In this document: positions 20,728 to 31,438 of the stretch, one piece after another | Layout of the letters: the number at the start of each line of letters is the position of its first letter | Position numbering within the stretch: position 1 is the stretch's first letter | From: an uncultured virus (IMG/VR IMGVR_UViG_2643221865_000004) | Taxonomy: Duplodnaviria > Heunggongvirae > Uroviricota > Caudoviricetes | DNA: 64,000 bases | Direction: 5' to 3' (one strand) | Virus record (IMG/VR): IMGVR_UViG_2643221865_000004 | Position numbers and translations under genes: made by a program | The notes under the pieces: generated by a model | The model's database searches: none | What the model was told of the DNA's origin: nothing | Seen by the model: the letters and a program-made list of their open reading frames with translations, nothing else

Positions 20728-20826
20728 ACAGTTCTATGCGCGACGGGAGTAGCCGGCTGCTTCCAGCAAGGGTGGAGCCTCGGGCCGCGCCGACACCGAG
20801 TAGCGCGGCCCGAGGGGTTCAGGGGG

Positions 20827-21408
20827 TCAGGGCTTCGGTGACATCTGTCCTGAAGCGACCAGTTGGGCCCAGGCTGCGAGGGTGATGCCGCAGGTGATGA
20901 CACCGCTGGTGACGAGGCTGGTGAGTGTGCCGTCGTTCACCCACAGCTGCTTGGCGCCGGACTTCTCCTCTTGGAACAGCATGTTCTCCTGAGGCTTCGT
21001 GTCGAACAGGTACACCACGACCGCGGTGTCCATCAGGCCGGGCTCCGGGTAGAAGCCGCCGAGCCGGACCGGGTCGGGAAGCACTTCGCAGCCGACCTCC
21101 TCTTCCAACTCGCGCTGAGCTTCCTCGACGGTCAGGGCGGTCGCCCAGCCGCGGGGGAACTCCAGAGTGAACGAGTTCGACGCGGGACGGTGCTGCTTCA
21201 CCAGCCCGTAGTAGGAGACGCCTTTCGCTGTGGCTCGAGGGATCGCGACGACGCCGAGACCAGTGCCGGGACGGACGATCGTGACGGTGCCGGGACGCCC
21301 GTCAGGTCGGATGACCGGGGTCTCGTCGACACGCATCTTGTCGTTCTGAAAACGGGTCTCGCTCGGTCCGGTGGGGGTGAAGCCAGGCTCTGTGACGCCG
21401 AAGCTCAT
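20827..21408 (-). CDS. Nudix hydrolase (ADP-ribose pyrophosphatase-like)
   Basis: LVKQHRP..LEFPRG...AQRELEEEVG, FYPEPG. Confidence 0.85.
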   Translation of the reverse strand: MSFGVTEPGFTPTGPSETRFQNDKMRVDETPVIRPDGRPGTVTIVRPGTGLGVVAIPRATAKGVSYYGLVKQHRPASNSFTLEFPRGWATALTVEEAQRELEEEVGCEVLPDPVRLGGFYPEPGLMDTAVVVYLFDTKPQENMLFQEEKSGAKQLWVNDGTLTSLVTSGVITCGITLAAWAQLVASGQMSPKP

Positions 21409-21462
21409 GGTGTTCCCTCCTCACTGGTCCGGGATTGGTTCAGCTGTCAGACATGTGGCGAA

Positions 21463-22053
21463 TCAGAGCGCGCTGATGTTCCGGCCGGTGGCGACAAGCT
21501 GCGCCCAGGCGGCGATCGTGAACCCGCAGGTGATCTGCCCGCGAGAGATGAGCCCCTGCAGGGTTCCGCCGTTCACCCAGTGGTGGATGGCGCCGGAGGA
21601 CTCCTCGCGGTACGAGTCCTGGTCGAGGAAGACTGCGTCCTCGGTGGTCGTGCAGGCGGCAAGGTAGGTGGCGACGGTAGTGGTGAGCAGCCCGGTGTCG
21701 GGGTGGATCGTGCCGATCCGCAGCGGCTCACCGTTCACCTCGCAGCCGACCTCCTCGACGACCTCGCGGGCGGCGCTCACGCTGTCCAGATCCTTCGTAG
21801 CTCCACGCGGGAACTCCAGAGACTGACCTCCGATGGGCGGCCGGTGCTGGCTGACCAACGCGAAGTAGGGCAGGCCTCGGATGAAGGTGCGCGGGATGAC
21901 GACGACACCGTTGCCGGTCCCCGGAGTCACCGTGGTGAAGAAGCCATCCTCGCCGTCCGGACGGACGACAGGGGTCTCCTCCACACGGATGAACTGGTTC
22001 GCGAAACGTGGCTCAGCTTCACCTTTGGGGGTGAATCCGTAGTGACGTGTCAT
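21463..22053 (-). CDS. Nudix hydrolase, tandem paralog
   Basis: LVSQHRPP..LEFPRG...AAREVVEEVG, IHPDTG. Confidence 0.85.
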   Translation of the reverse strand: MTRHYGFTPKGEAEPRFANQFIRVEETPVVRPDGEDGFFTTVTPGTGNGVVVIPRTFIRGLPYFALVSQHRPPIGGQSLEFPRGATKDLDSVSAAREVVEEVGCEVNGEPLRIGTIHPDTGLLTTTVATYLAACTTTEDAVFLDQDSYREESSGAIHHWVNGGTLQGLISRGQITCGFTIAAWAQLVATGRNISAL

Positions 22054-22140
22054 GGGCTCGGTGCCTTTCGTTGTGGGCAGGCGGTGAAACCTGTCACACC
22101 TCAGGCATGTGGCGAATAACACTCGGTTCTCGCTGTTCCG

Positions 22141-22536
22141 TCAGTGCAGGTGGGCTGCCGCTGCAAGGAAGCCGAAACCTGCAGCCTCTCCCCTGTACTC
22201 GGCGATGAGCTCCGCAGCGACATGTGCGTTCGTCTGAACGTCCGCGATGCGACCTTCCCCGAGATTGCGCAGGAACCAGGCCGAGATTCGCTGCTTGGAG
22301 CTGGTCGCGTCGATGATGTTGCCCGGTGCGTTCCTCGCGATAATGGCCGCTGCCGCCTCGGTTTCCGCACGGGCGACCAGCTGGTGACGCTCATTGATGA
22401 CCATCTTCCCGACCGCCGTCCATCGCATGCCGGCTGAGGGAGCTAGCGCTTCAGCTTCCGCCTGCTCCGCCTCGAAGCGGGTGACAAGTTCACGAAGGCC
22501 ACCGTCGACCTGGGCGTGTGCTTCTGTGATGTCCAC
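22141..22536 (-). CDS. Hypothetical protein
   Basis: GTG 10 nt downstream of CGCCACATG. Confidence 0.7.
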   Translation of the reverse strand: MDITEAHAQVDGGLRELVTRFEAEQAEAEALAPSAGMRWTAVGKMVINERHQLVARAETEAAAAIIARNAPGNIIDATSSKQRISAWFLRNLGEGRIADVQTNAHVAAELIAEYRGEAAGFGFLAAAAHLH

Positions 22537-22568
22537 ACCCCAAAGGCATGTGGCGGAGAGTCAGTGGT

Positions 22569-23843
22569 TCACGGGTTCGGATCGTCGTGAACGACGACCC
22601 GCGACAACTCCACTGTGCCGTCAGGGAGTCGCCAGAAATGCAGCCGGCGGGCAGCGGCGACGTTCGTCTCCACGCTCACCCGGAAGCACACGGCACCGTC
22701 CTCACGGGACCATGGTGCGTTCGCTCCGCCTTCCCCTCGGCGAAGCGGGTGCAGCTTCCGGTGAGCTTGCACCCGACCGATCAGGACATCTACGACGCAG
22801 CGAAGCGCTTTCGATCTCAGCTGCGGGTCCAGCTCGTCGACACTGTCGGCGAACATCGGGCCGATCCGGTACTCCGGCAGTGGGGCTTCCGTCTTCTCCG
22901 ATGACGGCACCCGGTCCACCCAGGCGCCCAGAATCGCATGCCGCACAGCCTCTCCAGCATCTTGGAATGCGTCCGGCCGCCACGTCGTGACGGCCTCGCC
23001 GGCGTCCTGCCGGTCGATGCGTCGTGCTCGCGTCGCGGTTGTCCTCAGCCTCTCGCTGAGCTCTGAGACTTTCGTCTGGAGTTGGGCGGCGAGGATCAGG
23101 GCTTCTCTGGCTTCTTCGGACCGTTGGGATGAGCGGTTCAGTTCGTTGGTGAGCCCGATGGTTTTCAGTCGCCAGCTGTCCCGGTCGGTGGTCATCACCC
23201 TGAGGTCCCGTTCCGCTTTGGACAGCTTGGAGCGGAGCGTGGCGAAGATCTCGTCGGTGCTCTCGACGACCGGTTTTGCAGGTTCCGGGTCGGGTGCCGG
23301 GGTTGGTGCGGGTGCCGGCGGCGCTTTCGGTTTGGCGGTGGCTATCCGCTGCATCGCGGTCATGGCGTCGGCCGGGGTTTTCAGCGGTGCGTGGAACAGG
23401 AGCGAGTTGTGTCTGGGGAGCCTGGCGGCGGCGTCCTGCAGGTCGAGGATGTCGTCACGTCGGGCTGCGGCGAGGACTGACCAGACCAGCTGTTGGTATT
23501 TCTGGCCGGCTTCGTCGGCGTCATGGGCGAGGAACAGTTTCGCTTCGGAGCGGTTGAACTTCCACGCGAGTCCTGCCGGGTAGACCCGCACAGCTCCGCC
23601 CCACACCTTGCCGTTGTCGGGCATGTGGTCGGTGAACAGGTAGTTCGGTTGGCCGGCCGGGAGGACGCATACATCAACGTCTGTGCCGCATCCGTCGACG
23701 ATGGCTCCGGGGTCGAAGAACGGCCCGTGGGCGCGCAGGGATTGCGTGATCACCACGGTGACCCGATCTCGTCCTGGATGCTGAAGATGTTCCGCTAGTT
23801 CGCGGACATCGTCCGCCGTCTTGACGAACCCCATGCCCCACAT
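22569..23843 (-). CDS. Coiled-coil protein with C-terminal RelE/ParE-like domain (paralog 1)
   Basis: C-terminal IGPMFADSV...HPLRRGEGG...CFRVSVE...ARRLHFW...VELSRVVVHDD; clear paralog of 31439-32818. Confidence 0.7.
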   Translation of the reverse strand: MWGMGFVKTADDVRELAEHLQHPGRDRVTVVITQSLRAHGPFFDPGAIVDGCGTDVDVCVLPAGQPNYLFTDHMPDNGKVWGGAVRVYPAGLAWKFNRSEAKLFLAHDADEAGQKYQQLVWSVLAAARRDDILDLQDAAARLPRHNSLLFHAPLKTPADAMTAMQRIATAKPKAPPAPAPTPAPDPEPAKPVVESTDEIFATLRSKLSKAERDLRVMTTDRDSWRLKTIGLTNELNRSSQRSEEAREALILAAQLQTKVSELSERLRTTATRARRIDRQDAGEAVTTWRPDAFQDAGEAVRHAILGAWVDRVPSSEKTEAPLPEYRIGPMFADSVDELDPQLRSKALRCVVDVLIGRVQAHRKLHPLRRGEGGANAPWSREDGAVCFRVSVETNVAAARRLHFWRLPDGTVELSRVVVHDDPNP

Positions 23844-23903
23844 TCTTGCACTGGGGTGTCTGCCGGTGGGGGTGGATCTGTGCGGCGCGTCTCAGGTTGC
23901 CGT

Positions 23904-24152
23904 TCAGTCAGCCCAGACGCGTTCCGGGTGTGCCGGGTAGATGATCTTCCCGTTGAACCAGTTGCCGATCTTCTCCCCGTCGGGGGTGGTGCCGAGCCAG
24001 TGCTTGTACCGCCGGTCCTGGTCGAGATTCCGGCCGGTGAACACACCCCATGTCTGGTTGCAGGTGGGGCACTGCCACAGTGCGCCGACGGGGTTGCTGT
24101 CCAGTGGCGGGACGGCGCATGGGTGCGGTGTCGGTGTTTCAGGTGTGCTCAT
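23904..24152 (-). CDS. Small putative Zn-binding protein
   Basis: HPC...WQCPTC; GGAG RBS; motif at 24185. Confidence 0.65.
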   Translation of the reverse strand: MSTPETPTPHPCAVPPLDSNPVGALWQCPTCNQTWGVFTGRNLDQDRRYKHWLGTTPDGEKIGNWFNGKIIYPAHPERVWAD

Positions 24153-24200
24153 CGGGCGTCTCCAGGTCGGCTTCTGGGGTGAGGCATGTGGCGGACGCAG

Positions 24201-24234
24201 AACCGCCCCGGCGGTTGAGGCTGCCGGGGCGGTT
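24201..24234. terminator. Hairpin after the Ig-repeat surface protein gene
   Basis: AACCGCCCCGGCGG-loop-CTGCCGGGGCGGTT. Confidence 0.55.
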
Positions 24235-24248
24235 CGTGTGGAGGGGTT

Positions 24249-26555
24249 CTACTCTGCCGGGGTCTCCGGGTTGGTGGGCTCCTCCGGGTTGGTCGGGCCA
24301 TCGCCCGGGTTGTCGCCGGGTTCGGTGGGCTCGTCTCCGGGCTCGTCGCCGGGGTTTTCGCCCGGGTTGTCGCCGGGCTCCTCGCCGGGCTCTTCGACGG
24401 GGTCAGCCGCGATGATCTGTCCGGTGGTGGCGAAGTACCGGTTGACTTCGAGGTGGCTGTTCACGAGGGCGGTGATGACGTGGCCGATGTCGTCCTCGTC
24501 GAGGACGTAGTTCGGACCGTCCTGCCAGTCGATGAGCTCACCGTCGCGGAACCACCGGTAGGTCTGGCCTTCGGGGTTCGCCTCCGGGTCCTCCCAGATG
24601 CTGAGGACCTCGCCTGCCTGCTCGGTTCCGTGGAAGCTGGACGCCTCGAGGCTGCCGTCGAACTGGGTGGTGCCTTCGGTGTCGGAGTACCAGGAGCGCT
24701 GCTGGTATCCGTCCTTGTTCGCTGTGACGACCACAAACACCGGGTATCCGACGTCGTCGATCGTCTGCGTGTAGGTAGCGGCGTCGGCGCCGGGGATCAG
24801 CGTCTCGTAGCTGCGGTACCACTGGTAGGTCAGGGTTGCCCCTTCGACTGCCCAGTCGATTCCGATGACTGCGGTGAGCTCAGCGCCCATGATCCGCTCG
24901 CCGGCCGGTGTGGTCTGCTCGTCGCCGACGAAGTACAGCAGCTCGTCGCCGGGGTCGCCTTCGCCTTCACCCTCGCCCTCGCCTTCGCCTTCACCTTCGC
25001 CGGGCTCAGCGGCCACGGTCGGGTCGCCGCCTTCGGACGCCCAGGTCTGGGTTTCGTACCCGTCGCGGACTGCTGTCACGGTGGCGGTGATGACGTGGTC
25101 GATGTCGGCTTCGGTCTGGAAGTAGCTGCTGTCGTTGTAGGGCGTCTCGTCTTCGGTGAGGATCGGCTCGCCGTCTCGGAACCAGGCGACGTTCAGTTCG
25201 TCCGGTGACGGCTGGATCGCTTCGGGCAGTGCGACGTACAGGTCCTCGCCGACGGCACGGACACCGTTGACGTTGGGGGTCTCACCGCCGGTGAAGATAC
25301 CGGCGAGGGTGTCGACCGATCCGCCTGACACCCAGGACTTCGTGACGTATCCGGCCTTGGCGGCTGTGACGGTGACCTTGATCACGTGGCCACGGTCGGC
25401 GGCTTCGAGGGTGTAGCGGGACGTGGTGGCTTCAGCGACCGGCAGGCCGTCTCGTGTCCACTGGTAGCTGATCGTCGGGGTTCCGGCGATGGGGCTGACC
25501 GATGCCGTGAGGAGCTCACCGACGCGGTGCTCGCCGGTGATCCCGATCTCGGGGGTGGCGAACACGGACAGGCCCGTGGTCTTCGCGGTCGACGTCAGAG
25601 CGAACACCGCGGTTGCGTGCCCGGTCCTCGCGACGGTGACCTTGGCGGTGGTGACGGTCCCGATGTCGGTTTCGGTCTCCGTGTACGTGGCCTTGGTGGC
25701 GCCGGCGATGGCCTTCCCGTCTCGGTACCACTGGTAGGCGACGCTGGTGGCTGCCGGGGTGAACACTCCGGGGGTGATGGTGAGGGTGGAGCCGATGATC
25801 CGGTTTCCGGCCCAGGTGGGCTTGCCTGTGACGGCCGCTCCTGCTGCTGCCTTCGACTTGTTGGTGGTCGACCATGCACGGGAGACGTAGTTCGCCTTGG
25901 CGGCGGTGACCTTGACGTTCACGACAGCGTTGTAGTCGGCGGCGGAGAGGACGTAGGTGGTCTTGGTGGCTCCGGGGATGGCTACGCCGTTCCGGGTCCA
26001 CTGGTACGTGAACGCGGGAGTGGGGGCGAGCTTGGCGGGTGCCTTGGCTGTCAGGGTCTTGCCGACCTGGAGGGTGCCGGTGAGGCTGGGGACGGTGGTG
26101 CCGGCGATCACGCCGTAGGTCTTCACCTTGGGGGACGTCCACGACTTGGAGGCTTTGCCCTTCTTCGCAATGACGCGCACCTGGAGCTGGTGTCCGATGT
26201 CGGCGGTGGTCTGCTTGTAGGTGGTCTTCGTCGCCTTCGAGATCGCCTTGCCGTCCCGGTACCACTGGTACGTGGAGACGTAGCCGGCCGGGGTCCACTT
26301 GCTGGGCTTGGCGGTGAGCGTGGAGCCGACGGTGTGGCTGCCGGAGACAGTGGGGGTGAGGGCGGCTGCGGCAACGAGGCGCACTTCTGTGTGCTGGTCG
26401 CTGGTCTCGGAGTGGATCACGAGGCTGGCATGGGACGGCTGCGGTGTCGCGGCGAATGCTGGTGTGACTGTGCATGCAAGGACGGCTGCGACGGCGGTCG
26501 TTGCGACCCCCACCTTCCAGTTCCTGCTGCGTGGCTGTGTGCTAGATGGGTGCAT
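24249..26555 (-). CDS. Secreted surface protein with about 7 Ig-like repeats
   Basis: Signal peptide; repeated VG.TLTA...YQW.RDG..I.GAT..TY units; (GE)n and EPGD/NPG low-complexity tails. ATG 26555 is 10 nt after CGCCACATG. Confidence 0.85.
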   Translation of the reverse strand: MHPSSTQPRSRNWKVGVATTAVAAVLACTVTPAFAATPQPSHASLVIHSETSDQHTEVRLVAAAALTPTVSGSHTVGSTLTAKPSKWTPAGYVSTYQWYRDGKAISKATKTTYKQTTADIGHQLQVRVIAKKGKASKSWTSPKVKTYGVIAGTTVPSLTGTLQVGKTLTAKAPAKLAPTPAFTYQWTRNGVAIPGATKTTYVLSAADYNAVVNVKVTAAKANYVSRAWSTTNKSKAAAGAAVTGKPTWAGNRIIGSTLTITPGVFTPAATSVAYQWYRDGKAIAGATKATYTETETDIGTVTTAKVTVARTGHATAVFALTSTAKTTGLSVFATPEIGITGEHRVGELLTASVSPIAGTPTISYQWTRDGLPVAEATTSRYTLEAADRGHVIKVTVTAAKAGYVTKSWVSGGSVDTLAGIFTGGETPNVNGVRAVGEDLYVALPEAIQPSPDELNVAWFRDGEPILTEDETPYNDSSYFQTEADIDHVITATVTAVRDGYETQTWASEGGDPTVAAEPGEGEGEGEGEGEGEGDPGDELLYFVGDEQTTPAGERIMGAELTAVIGIDWAVEGATLTYQWYRSYETLIPGADAATYTQTIDDVGYPVFVVVTANKDGYQQRSWYSDTEGTTQFDGSLEASSFHGTEQAGEVLSIWEDPEANPEGQTYRWFRDGELIDWQDGPNYVLDEDDIGHVITALVNSHLEVNRYFATTGQIIAADPVEEPGEEPGDNPGENPGDEPGDEPTEPGDNPGDGPTNPEEPTNPETPAE

Positions 26556-26654
26556 ATCGGACGGACATGTGGCGAAAACCCTTTTGTCCCTTGTGGGGAC
26601 GGAAACGCCCCGGTCAGCCGAAGCCAACCGGGGCGATCCTTGTCACGCCCTAGG

Positions 26655-28787
26655 TCACAGGGCGCAGGAGACGCATCCGTCGATTTCTGTCCCTTCGAGG
26701 GCCATCTGACGGATCCGGACGTAGTAGATCGTCTTGATCCCGGACTGCCAGGCGCGGATGTACGCCTTGTTGAGGTCGCGGGTGGTGGCGGTGTCGGGGA
26801 AGAACAGGGTCAGCGAGAGGCCCTGGTCGACGTGCTGTGTCGCGGCGGCGTACGTGTCGATGATCTTCTCGTAGCCGATCTCGTACGAGTCCTGGTAGTA
26901 GTCCAGGTTCTCGTTCGTCATGAACGGCGCCGGGAAGTACACGCGGCCGAGCTTGCCTTCCTTGCGGATCTCGATCTTCGCGGCGATCGGGTGGATCGAC
27001 GCGGTCGAGTTGTTGATGTAGGAGATCGAGCCGGTCGGCGGGACCGCCTGCAGGTAGGCGTTGTAGAGGCCGGTCTTCTTGACCTTCTTCGCCAGCGCCA
27101 CCCAGTCGTCCTGCGTGGGGATGTCGATGCCGGCGTCCTTGAAGAGCTTGACGACCTTCTTCGTGGCCGGCTTCCACTCCTGCTCGGTGTACTTGGTGAA
27201 GAACTCACCGGATGCGTACTTCGAGTCCTCGAAGCCGAAGAACGTCTCGCCCTTCTCCTTCGCGATCTTGTTCGACGCGGAGAGCGCGTGGAACAGGACC
27301 GTGTAGAAGTACATGTTGGTGAAGTCGATGCCTTCCTCGGAGCCGTAGTAGACGTGCTCGCGGGCGAGGTAGCCGTGGAGGTTCATCTGGCCGAGGCCGA
27401 TCGCGTGGGACTTGTTGTTGCCGTTGACGATCGAGGGGACCGAGTTGATCTCCGACAGGTCGCTGACTGCGGAGAGGCCACGGATGGCGACCTCCACCGT
27501 CTTGGCGAGGTTGCCGCCGTCCATCGCGAGGGCGATGTTCATGGAGCCGAGGTTGCAGCTGATGTCGCGGCCGACCTCCGAGTAGGAGAGGTCCTCGTTG
27601 TAGCTGGACGGGGTGTTGACCTGGAGGATCTCCGAGCAGAGGTTCGACATGTTGATGCGGCCCTTGATCGGGTTCGCAGCGTTCACGGTGTCCTCGAACA
27701 CGATGTACGGGTAGCCGGACTCGAACTGCAGCTCTGCGATGGTCTGGAAGAACTCGCGGGCGTTGATCTTCGATTTCTTGATGCGGCCGTCGTTGACCAT
27801 GTCGTAGTAGTTCTCGGTGACCGGCACGTCGGCGAACGGCTTGCCGTACACCTTCTCGACGTCGTAGGGCGAGAAAAGGTACATGTCCTCGTTCTTCTTC
27901 GCGAGCTCGAACGTGATGTCGGGGACGACGACGCCGAGGGACAGCGTCTTGATGCGGATCTTCTCGTCAGCGTTCTCTCGCTTCGTGTCGAGGAACCGCA
28001 TGATGTCCGGGTGGTGAGCCGACAGGTACACGGCGCCGGCACCCTGACGTGCGCCGAGCTGGTTCGCGTAGGAGAACGAGTCCTCCAGCAGCTTCATGAT
28101 GGGGATGATGCCGGACGACTGGTTCTCGATCTGCTTGATCGGAGCGCCGGACTCACGGACGTTGGAGAGGAGCAGGGCGACGCCGCCGCCGCGCTTGGAG
28201 AGCTGCAGGGCGCTGTTGATGCCGCGGCTGATGGACTCCATGTTGTCCTCGATGCGGAGCAGGAAGCAGGAGACGAGCTCGCCGCGCTGCGCCTTGCCGG
28301 CGTTCAGGAACGTCGGGGTGGCGGGCTGGAAGCGGCCGGAGAGGATCTCCTCCATGAGGTACTCCGCCTGCTTCTTGTCACCCTGGGCGAGGAAGAGGGC
28401 GGTCATGACGACACGGTCCTCGAAACGCTCCAGGTAGCGCTTGCCGTCGAACGTCTTCAGCGTGTAGCTGGTGTAGTACTTGAACGCGCCGAGGAACGAC
28501 TCGAAACGAGCCTTCTTGTCGTACGCCTTCTTGGTGAGCTCCTTCACGAACGGGACACCGTAGGTGTCGAACGTGCCGGGCTCGTAGTACTGCTTCTCCA
28601 GCAGGTATTCGATGCGCTCCTCGAGAGAGTGGAAGAACACCGTGTTCTGGTTCACGTGCTGCAGGAAGTACTCCCGCGCAGCCTCGCGGTCCTTGTCGAA
28701 CTGGATCTTTCCATCGTTGTCGTAGAGGTTGAGCATCGCGTTGAGCGAGTGGTAGTCGAGCTGTGTGCGATCGGGTGCAGCGATCAC
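26655..28787 (-). CDS. nrdE: Class Ib ribonucleotide reductase alpha subunit
   Basis: [44 protein letters not shown]-terminal GCVSCAL; GTGA overlap with nrdI. Confidence 0.97.
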   Translation of the reverse strand: MIAAPDRTQLDYHSLNAMLNLYDNDGKIQFDKDREAAREYFLQHVNQNTVFFHSLEERIEYLLEKQYYEPGTFDTYGVPFVKELTKKAYDKKARFESFLGAFKYYTSYTLKTFDGKRYLERFEDRVVMTALFLAQGDKKQAEYLMEEILSGRFQPATPTFLNAGKAQRGELVSCFLLRIEDNMESISRGINSALQLSKRGGGVALLLSNVRESGAPIKQIENQSSGIIPIMKLLEDSFSYANQLGARQGAGAVYLSAHHPDIMRFLDTKRENADEKIRIKTLSLGVVVPDITFELAKKNEDMYLFSPYDVEKVYGKPFADVPVTENYYDMVNDGRIKKSKINAREFFQTIAELQFESGYPYIVFEDTVNAANPIKGRINMSNLCSEILQVNTPSSYNEDLSYSEVGRDISCNLGSMNIALAMDGGNLAKTVEVAIRGLSAVSDLSEINSVPSIVNGNNKSHAIGLGQMNLHGYLAREHVYYGSEEGIDFTNMYFYTVLFHALSASNKIAKEKGETFFGFEDSKYASGEFFTKYTEQEWKPATKKVVKLFKDAGIDIPTQDDWVALAKKVKKTGLYNAYLQAVPPTGSISYINNSTASIHPIAAKIEIRKEGKLGRVYFPAPFMTNENLDYYQDSYEIGYEKIIDTYAAATQHVDQGLSLTLFFPDTATTRDLNKAYIRAWQSGIKTIYYVRIRQMALEGTEIDGCVSCAL

Positions 28788-29188
28788 GGCTGTTGTTTCC
28801 AAAAGGCTTCCAATCCTTCGAGGACGGCCTGTCGGTCGTCCGGGGTTCCAAATACTTCGAATGTGTAGAGCAACGGGACGTTGCATTTCTCTGCGACGAT
28901 GCGGGCTGCCAGGCAGTACGCTTCGCCGAAGTTTGTGTTGCCGGCGCCGATCACTCCGCGGAGGAGGGCCCGGTTGTCGGGGTGGTTGAGGAACTTGATG
29001 ACCTGCTTCGGGACGGCTCCTCCGTCGTTCCCTCCGCCATACGTCGGGAGGATCAAGACATGTGGCGACTCCATGACGACGGTGTCGTCCTTCGTCATGA
29101 CCGGGAGACGGGTGGCGGGCAGGTCGAGGGATTCGACGAACCGGTGGGTATTTCCGGAGACGCTGGAGAAGTAGGAGATGGTGCTCAT
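28784..29188 (-). CDS. nrdI: Class Ib RNR flavodoxin
   Basis: [34 protein letters not shown]. Confidence 0.95.
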   Translation of the reverse strand: MSTISYFSSVSGNTHRFVESLDLPATRLPVMTKDDTVVMESPHVLILPTYGGGNDGGAVPKQVIKFLNHPDNRALLRGVIGAGNTNFGEAYCLAARIVAEKCNVPLLYTFEVFGTPDDRQAVLEGLEAFWKQQP

Positions 29189-29213
29189 GCGGGGGCTGAG
29201 GTTCTGGGGACGC

Positions 29214-29789
29214 TTACGCGTCGAGAATGGTGGGGTCGCGGAGGATCTCCAACTCGCGCTCGTCGAACGATCCGGGACGGTACTTGGCGACCATGTTGTC
29301 CACGACCTCGTCACGAGTCAGCTCCGGTGCCGCTGCAGCGTCGTTGTCGATCTGTGCCAGGGTCTGCTGGAGTTCGATGAGGATGTCCGCGGCGCCGTAC
29401 TGGCCCCAGTTCGGGAGAGCCTTGGCGGCGAAGTCGTTGTACGCCTCGACTTCGGGCAGGAGGTTCGCGTTCATCCCGTTTCTGCGGAAGATGGTCTCGC
29501 CGCCTCGTCCGTGGTTCTCGACTGTCAGCAGCTTGTCGCCGTTGAAGTACAGCTCAGCTTCGAAAGCTCCCTGAGGACCGACCGAGAAGTCACCGATGTA
29601 GCCGGACTTCCGTGGCTTGTACTTCCTGATCTCGTACCCGCCGAGCTGGCCGGGGTTCCGCGGTGCGGTGAGCGGTGCAATTTCAGCGGCCTGCTGGGTC
29701 TTCTGGGTGTACAGGCCGGAGCCGTCGTGGGCGGCGCTGTTCACGTCGACGCTCTTCTGGGCGCCGGTCTTCTTCGGAGTGGTCGTCAT
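29214..29789 (-). CDS. Hypothetical protein
   Basis: CACACCTA-N6-ATG at 29789; [10 protein letters not shown] motif. Confidence 0.75.
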   Translation of the reverse strand: MTTTPKKTGAQKSVDVNSAAHDGSGLYTQKTQQAAEIAPLTAPRNPGQLGGYEIRKYKPRKSGYIGDFSVGPQGAFEAELYFNGDKLLTVENHGRGGETIFRRNGMNANLLPEVEAYNDFAAKALPNWGQYGAADILIELQQTLAQIDNDAAAAPELTRDEVVDNMVAKYRPGSFDERELEILRDPTILDA

Positions 29790-29896
29790 GCTGCTTAGGT
29801 GTGCGGCCGCGAGGAGCGGCGTGTCGGGTTCGGGTGGTGCGAGCAGCCCCGGGCGATCCAATTTCCCGGGGCGTCTCGTGAGTCTTAGGTGCGCGG

Positions 29897-30217
29897 CTAC
29901 GGTCGCAGCTGCGGGATGAACGGGGCGAGTCGTTGCCGTTCGGCGAAGCTCAGCAGGTGCGGGAGGTTCACGATGGTCTCGACCGCGTCGGCGGTGTAGT
30001 TCGACTGGTGCGGGTCGGTCCAGTCGTTGGCTTCGAGCAGGTCGACGCCGACGAGGGACGCAAGGGTGATGGCGAGCCGGTACACCTTCTCGTGAAACTC
30101 GCTGCCCTTCGACACGTCGAAACCCTGTGGGAAGCTGAGGCCGGCAAGCCCCAGGATGTCGAGGGTGTCGACGTTAAGGTTCTCGTCGAGGTAGCGGGCG
30201 TAGCTGTTCGTCTCCAT
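29897..30217 (-). CDS. Hypothetical protein
   Basis: CCGCACATG-N8-ATG. Confidence 0.7.
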   Translation of the reverse strand: METNSYARYLDENLNVDTLDILGLAGLSFPQGFDVSKGSEFHEKVYRLAITLASLVGVDLLEANDWTDPHQSNYTADAVETIVNLPHLLSFAERQRLAPFIPQLRP

Positions 30218-30253
30218 GCCACATCCATGTGCGGACTGTTCCGGTTTCGGAGC

Positions 30254-31306
30254 TCAGGACCCGATCTGCCGTCGGCTGGTCTGGTCGACCGGGCGAGGCC
30301 GGGGTGGTGCGACTCCCAGCAGTTGCGGCACCCGGGTAGGGATCCGCCGGCCGCGTCTGACGATCCACAGGATGAGGGTGGCGGCGGCGATGAACAAGAC
30401 GATGGACAGGATGGTGAACCAGGCGGCGGAGCCGATCACCCATTCGGCGTCCTTCTCGGTGAATGCGTCCCCGGAGTAGGACAGGATCGGGCCGAGTGCG
30501 AACGCGACCTGGCCTTCCGTTTCGGTGAATGACCCGTCGTGGCCGGCGGCTCCGTGGTTGATCTCGGAAGTGGGCCCGCGGAGGTCGGGCCTGTCGACGG
30601 TCGGGCTTTGCGTGGCAGCAGGAGCTTCAATCGGGGTGTCGGCGGGTTCTGGCTCTTCCTCGACTGGCGCCGGTTCCGGCTCAGGTTCCGGCTCGGGCTC
30701 TGGGGCGGGTGCGGGCTCCGGTGCGGGCTCGGGTTCGGGTGCAGGGTTCGGGGCTGGGGCGGGGTTCGGGGCTGGCGCAGGGTTCGGGGCTGGGGCAGGG
30801 TTCGGTGCGGGCGCTGCCCCTCCCCCGCCGCCGGACCCTTCAGATGGGTAGCCGGCGAAGATCTGAACCCATTCGAGGCCGCGAGGGTCGTAGCCGATTC
30901 CGATGCGGGTGTAGAGGCTTTGCAGGATGTTGTTGCGGTGGCCGGTTGAGCCCATCCATGCGTTCATCACCTGTTTGCCGGAGTCGTAGCCTTCGGCGAT
31001 GTTCTCTCCGTTGGCTCGCCAGCCGGCGGGGATCCTGGCGGCCCGCCATTCGTTCGTGGAGTGGTCGAAGTCGCCGGAGTCGAAGATGTGCTTCGCCCAT
31101 TCCTGGGCGATCGCGTCGAGGGTGGGGTCTCGGGTGAGGGCTGGGACTCCGGCGGCTGCGCGTTGCTGGTTGACGATGGTGAGGACGTCGTCCTGCTGTT
31201 GGGATGCGTGCAGCGGTGCACCGCCGATGAGGGTAGCTGCGAGGAACGCTGCCGCTGCAAGGAAGGCTGTCAGCCGCGGCCGTCGGCTCCTGCGCGTCGC
31301 GTCCAC
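30254..31306 (-). CDS. CAP/SCP-domain surface protein with Pro-rich stalk and C-terminal TM
   Basis: VNQQRAAAG, GENIA, WMGSTGHRNNIL; PAPNPA repeats; LSYSG, TM, RRGRR tail. Confidence 0.88.
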   Translation of the reverse strand: MDATRRSRRPRLTAFLAAAAFLAATLIGGAPLHASQQQDDVLTIVNQQRAAAGVPALTRDPTLDAIAQEWAKHIFDSGDFDHSTNEWRAARIPAGWRANGENIAEGYDSGKQVMNAWMGSTGHRNNILQSLYTRIGIGYDPRGLEWVQIFAGYPSEGSGGGGGAAPAPNPAPAPNPAPAPNPAPAPNPAPEPEPAPEPAPAPEPEPEPEPEPAPVEEEPEPADTPIEAPAATQSPTVDRPDLRGPTSEINHGAAGHDGSFTETEGQVAFALGPILSYSGDAFTEKDAEWVIGSAAWFTILSIVLFIAAATLILWIVRRGRRIPTRVPQLLGVAPPRPRPVDQTSRRQIGS

Positions 31307-31438
31307 GGTTTCAGCACCACGCCCGGACGGTCGATGCGGTACAAGCCATGCTTGGTGCCTCCTCGTTCCGGGCGCTCCACACGGGAGTCCACGGCGGAGG
31401 CATGTGGCGAGAAGCTCAACTGCGGTCGCTGCTCAGCG

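Noticed and set aside
25386..28868. 1160-aa + strand ORF
   Set aside because: Antisense to nrdE and the Ig-repeat gene; no recognisable motifs.
29059..29067. CGCCACATG inside nrdI (and at 61044 inside the YgiC-like gene) as internal promoters
   Set aside because: Both are sense-oriented about 270-280 nt before the next gene, but one or two chance copies are expected; not supportable without TSS data.
30660..30815. 18-bp tandem repeats resembling an array
   Set aside because: They encode the PAPNPA/PEPE linker of the CAP protein; no unique spacers, so not CRISPR.
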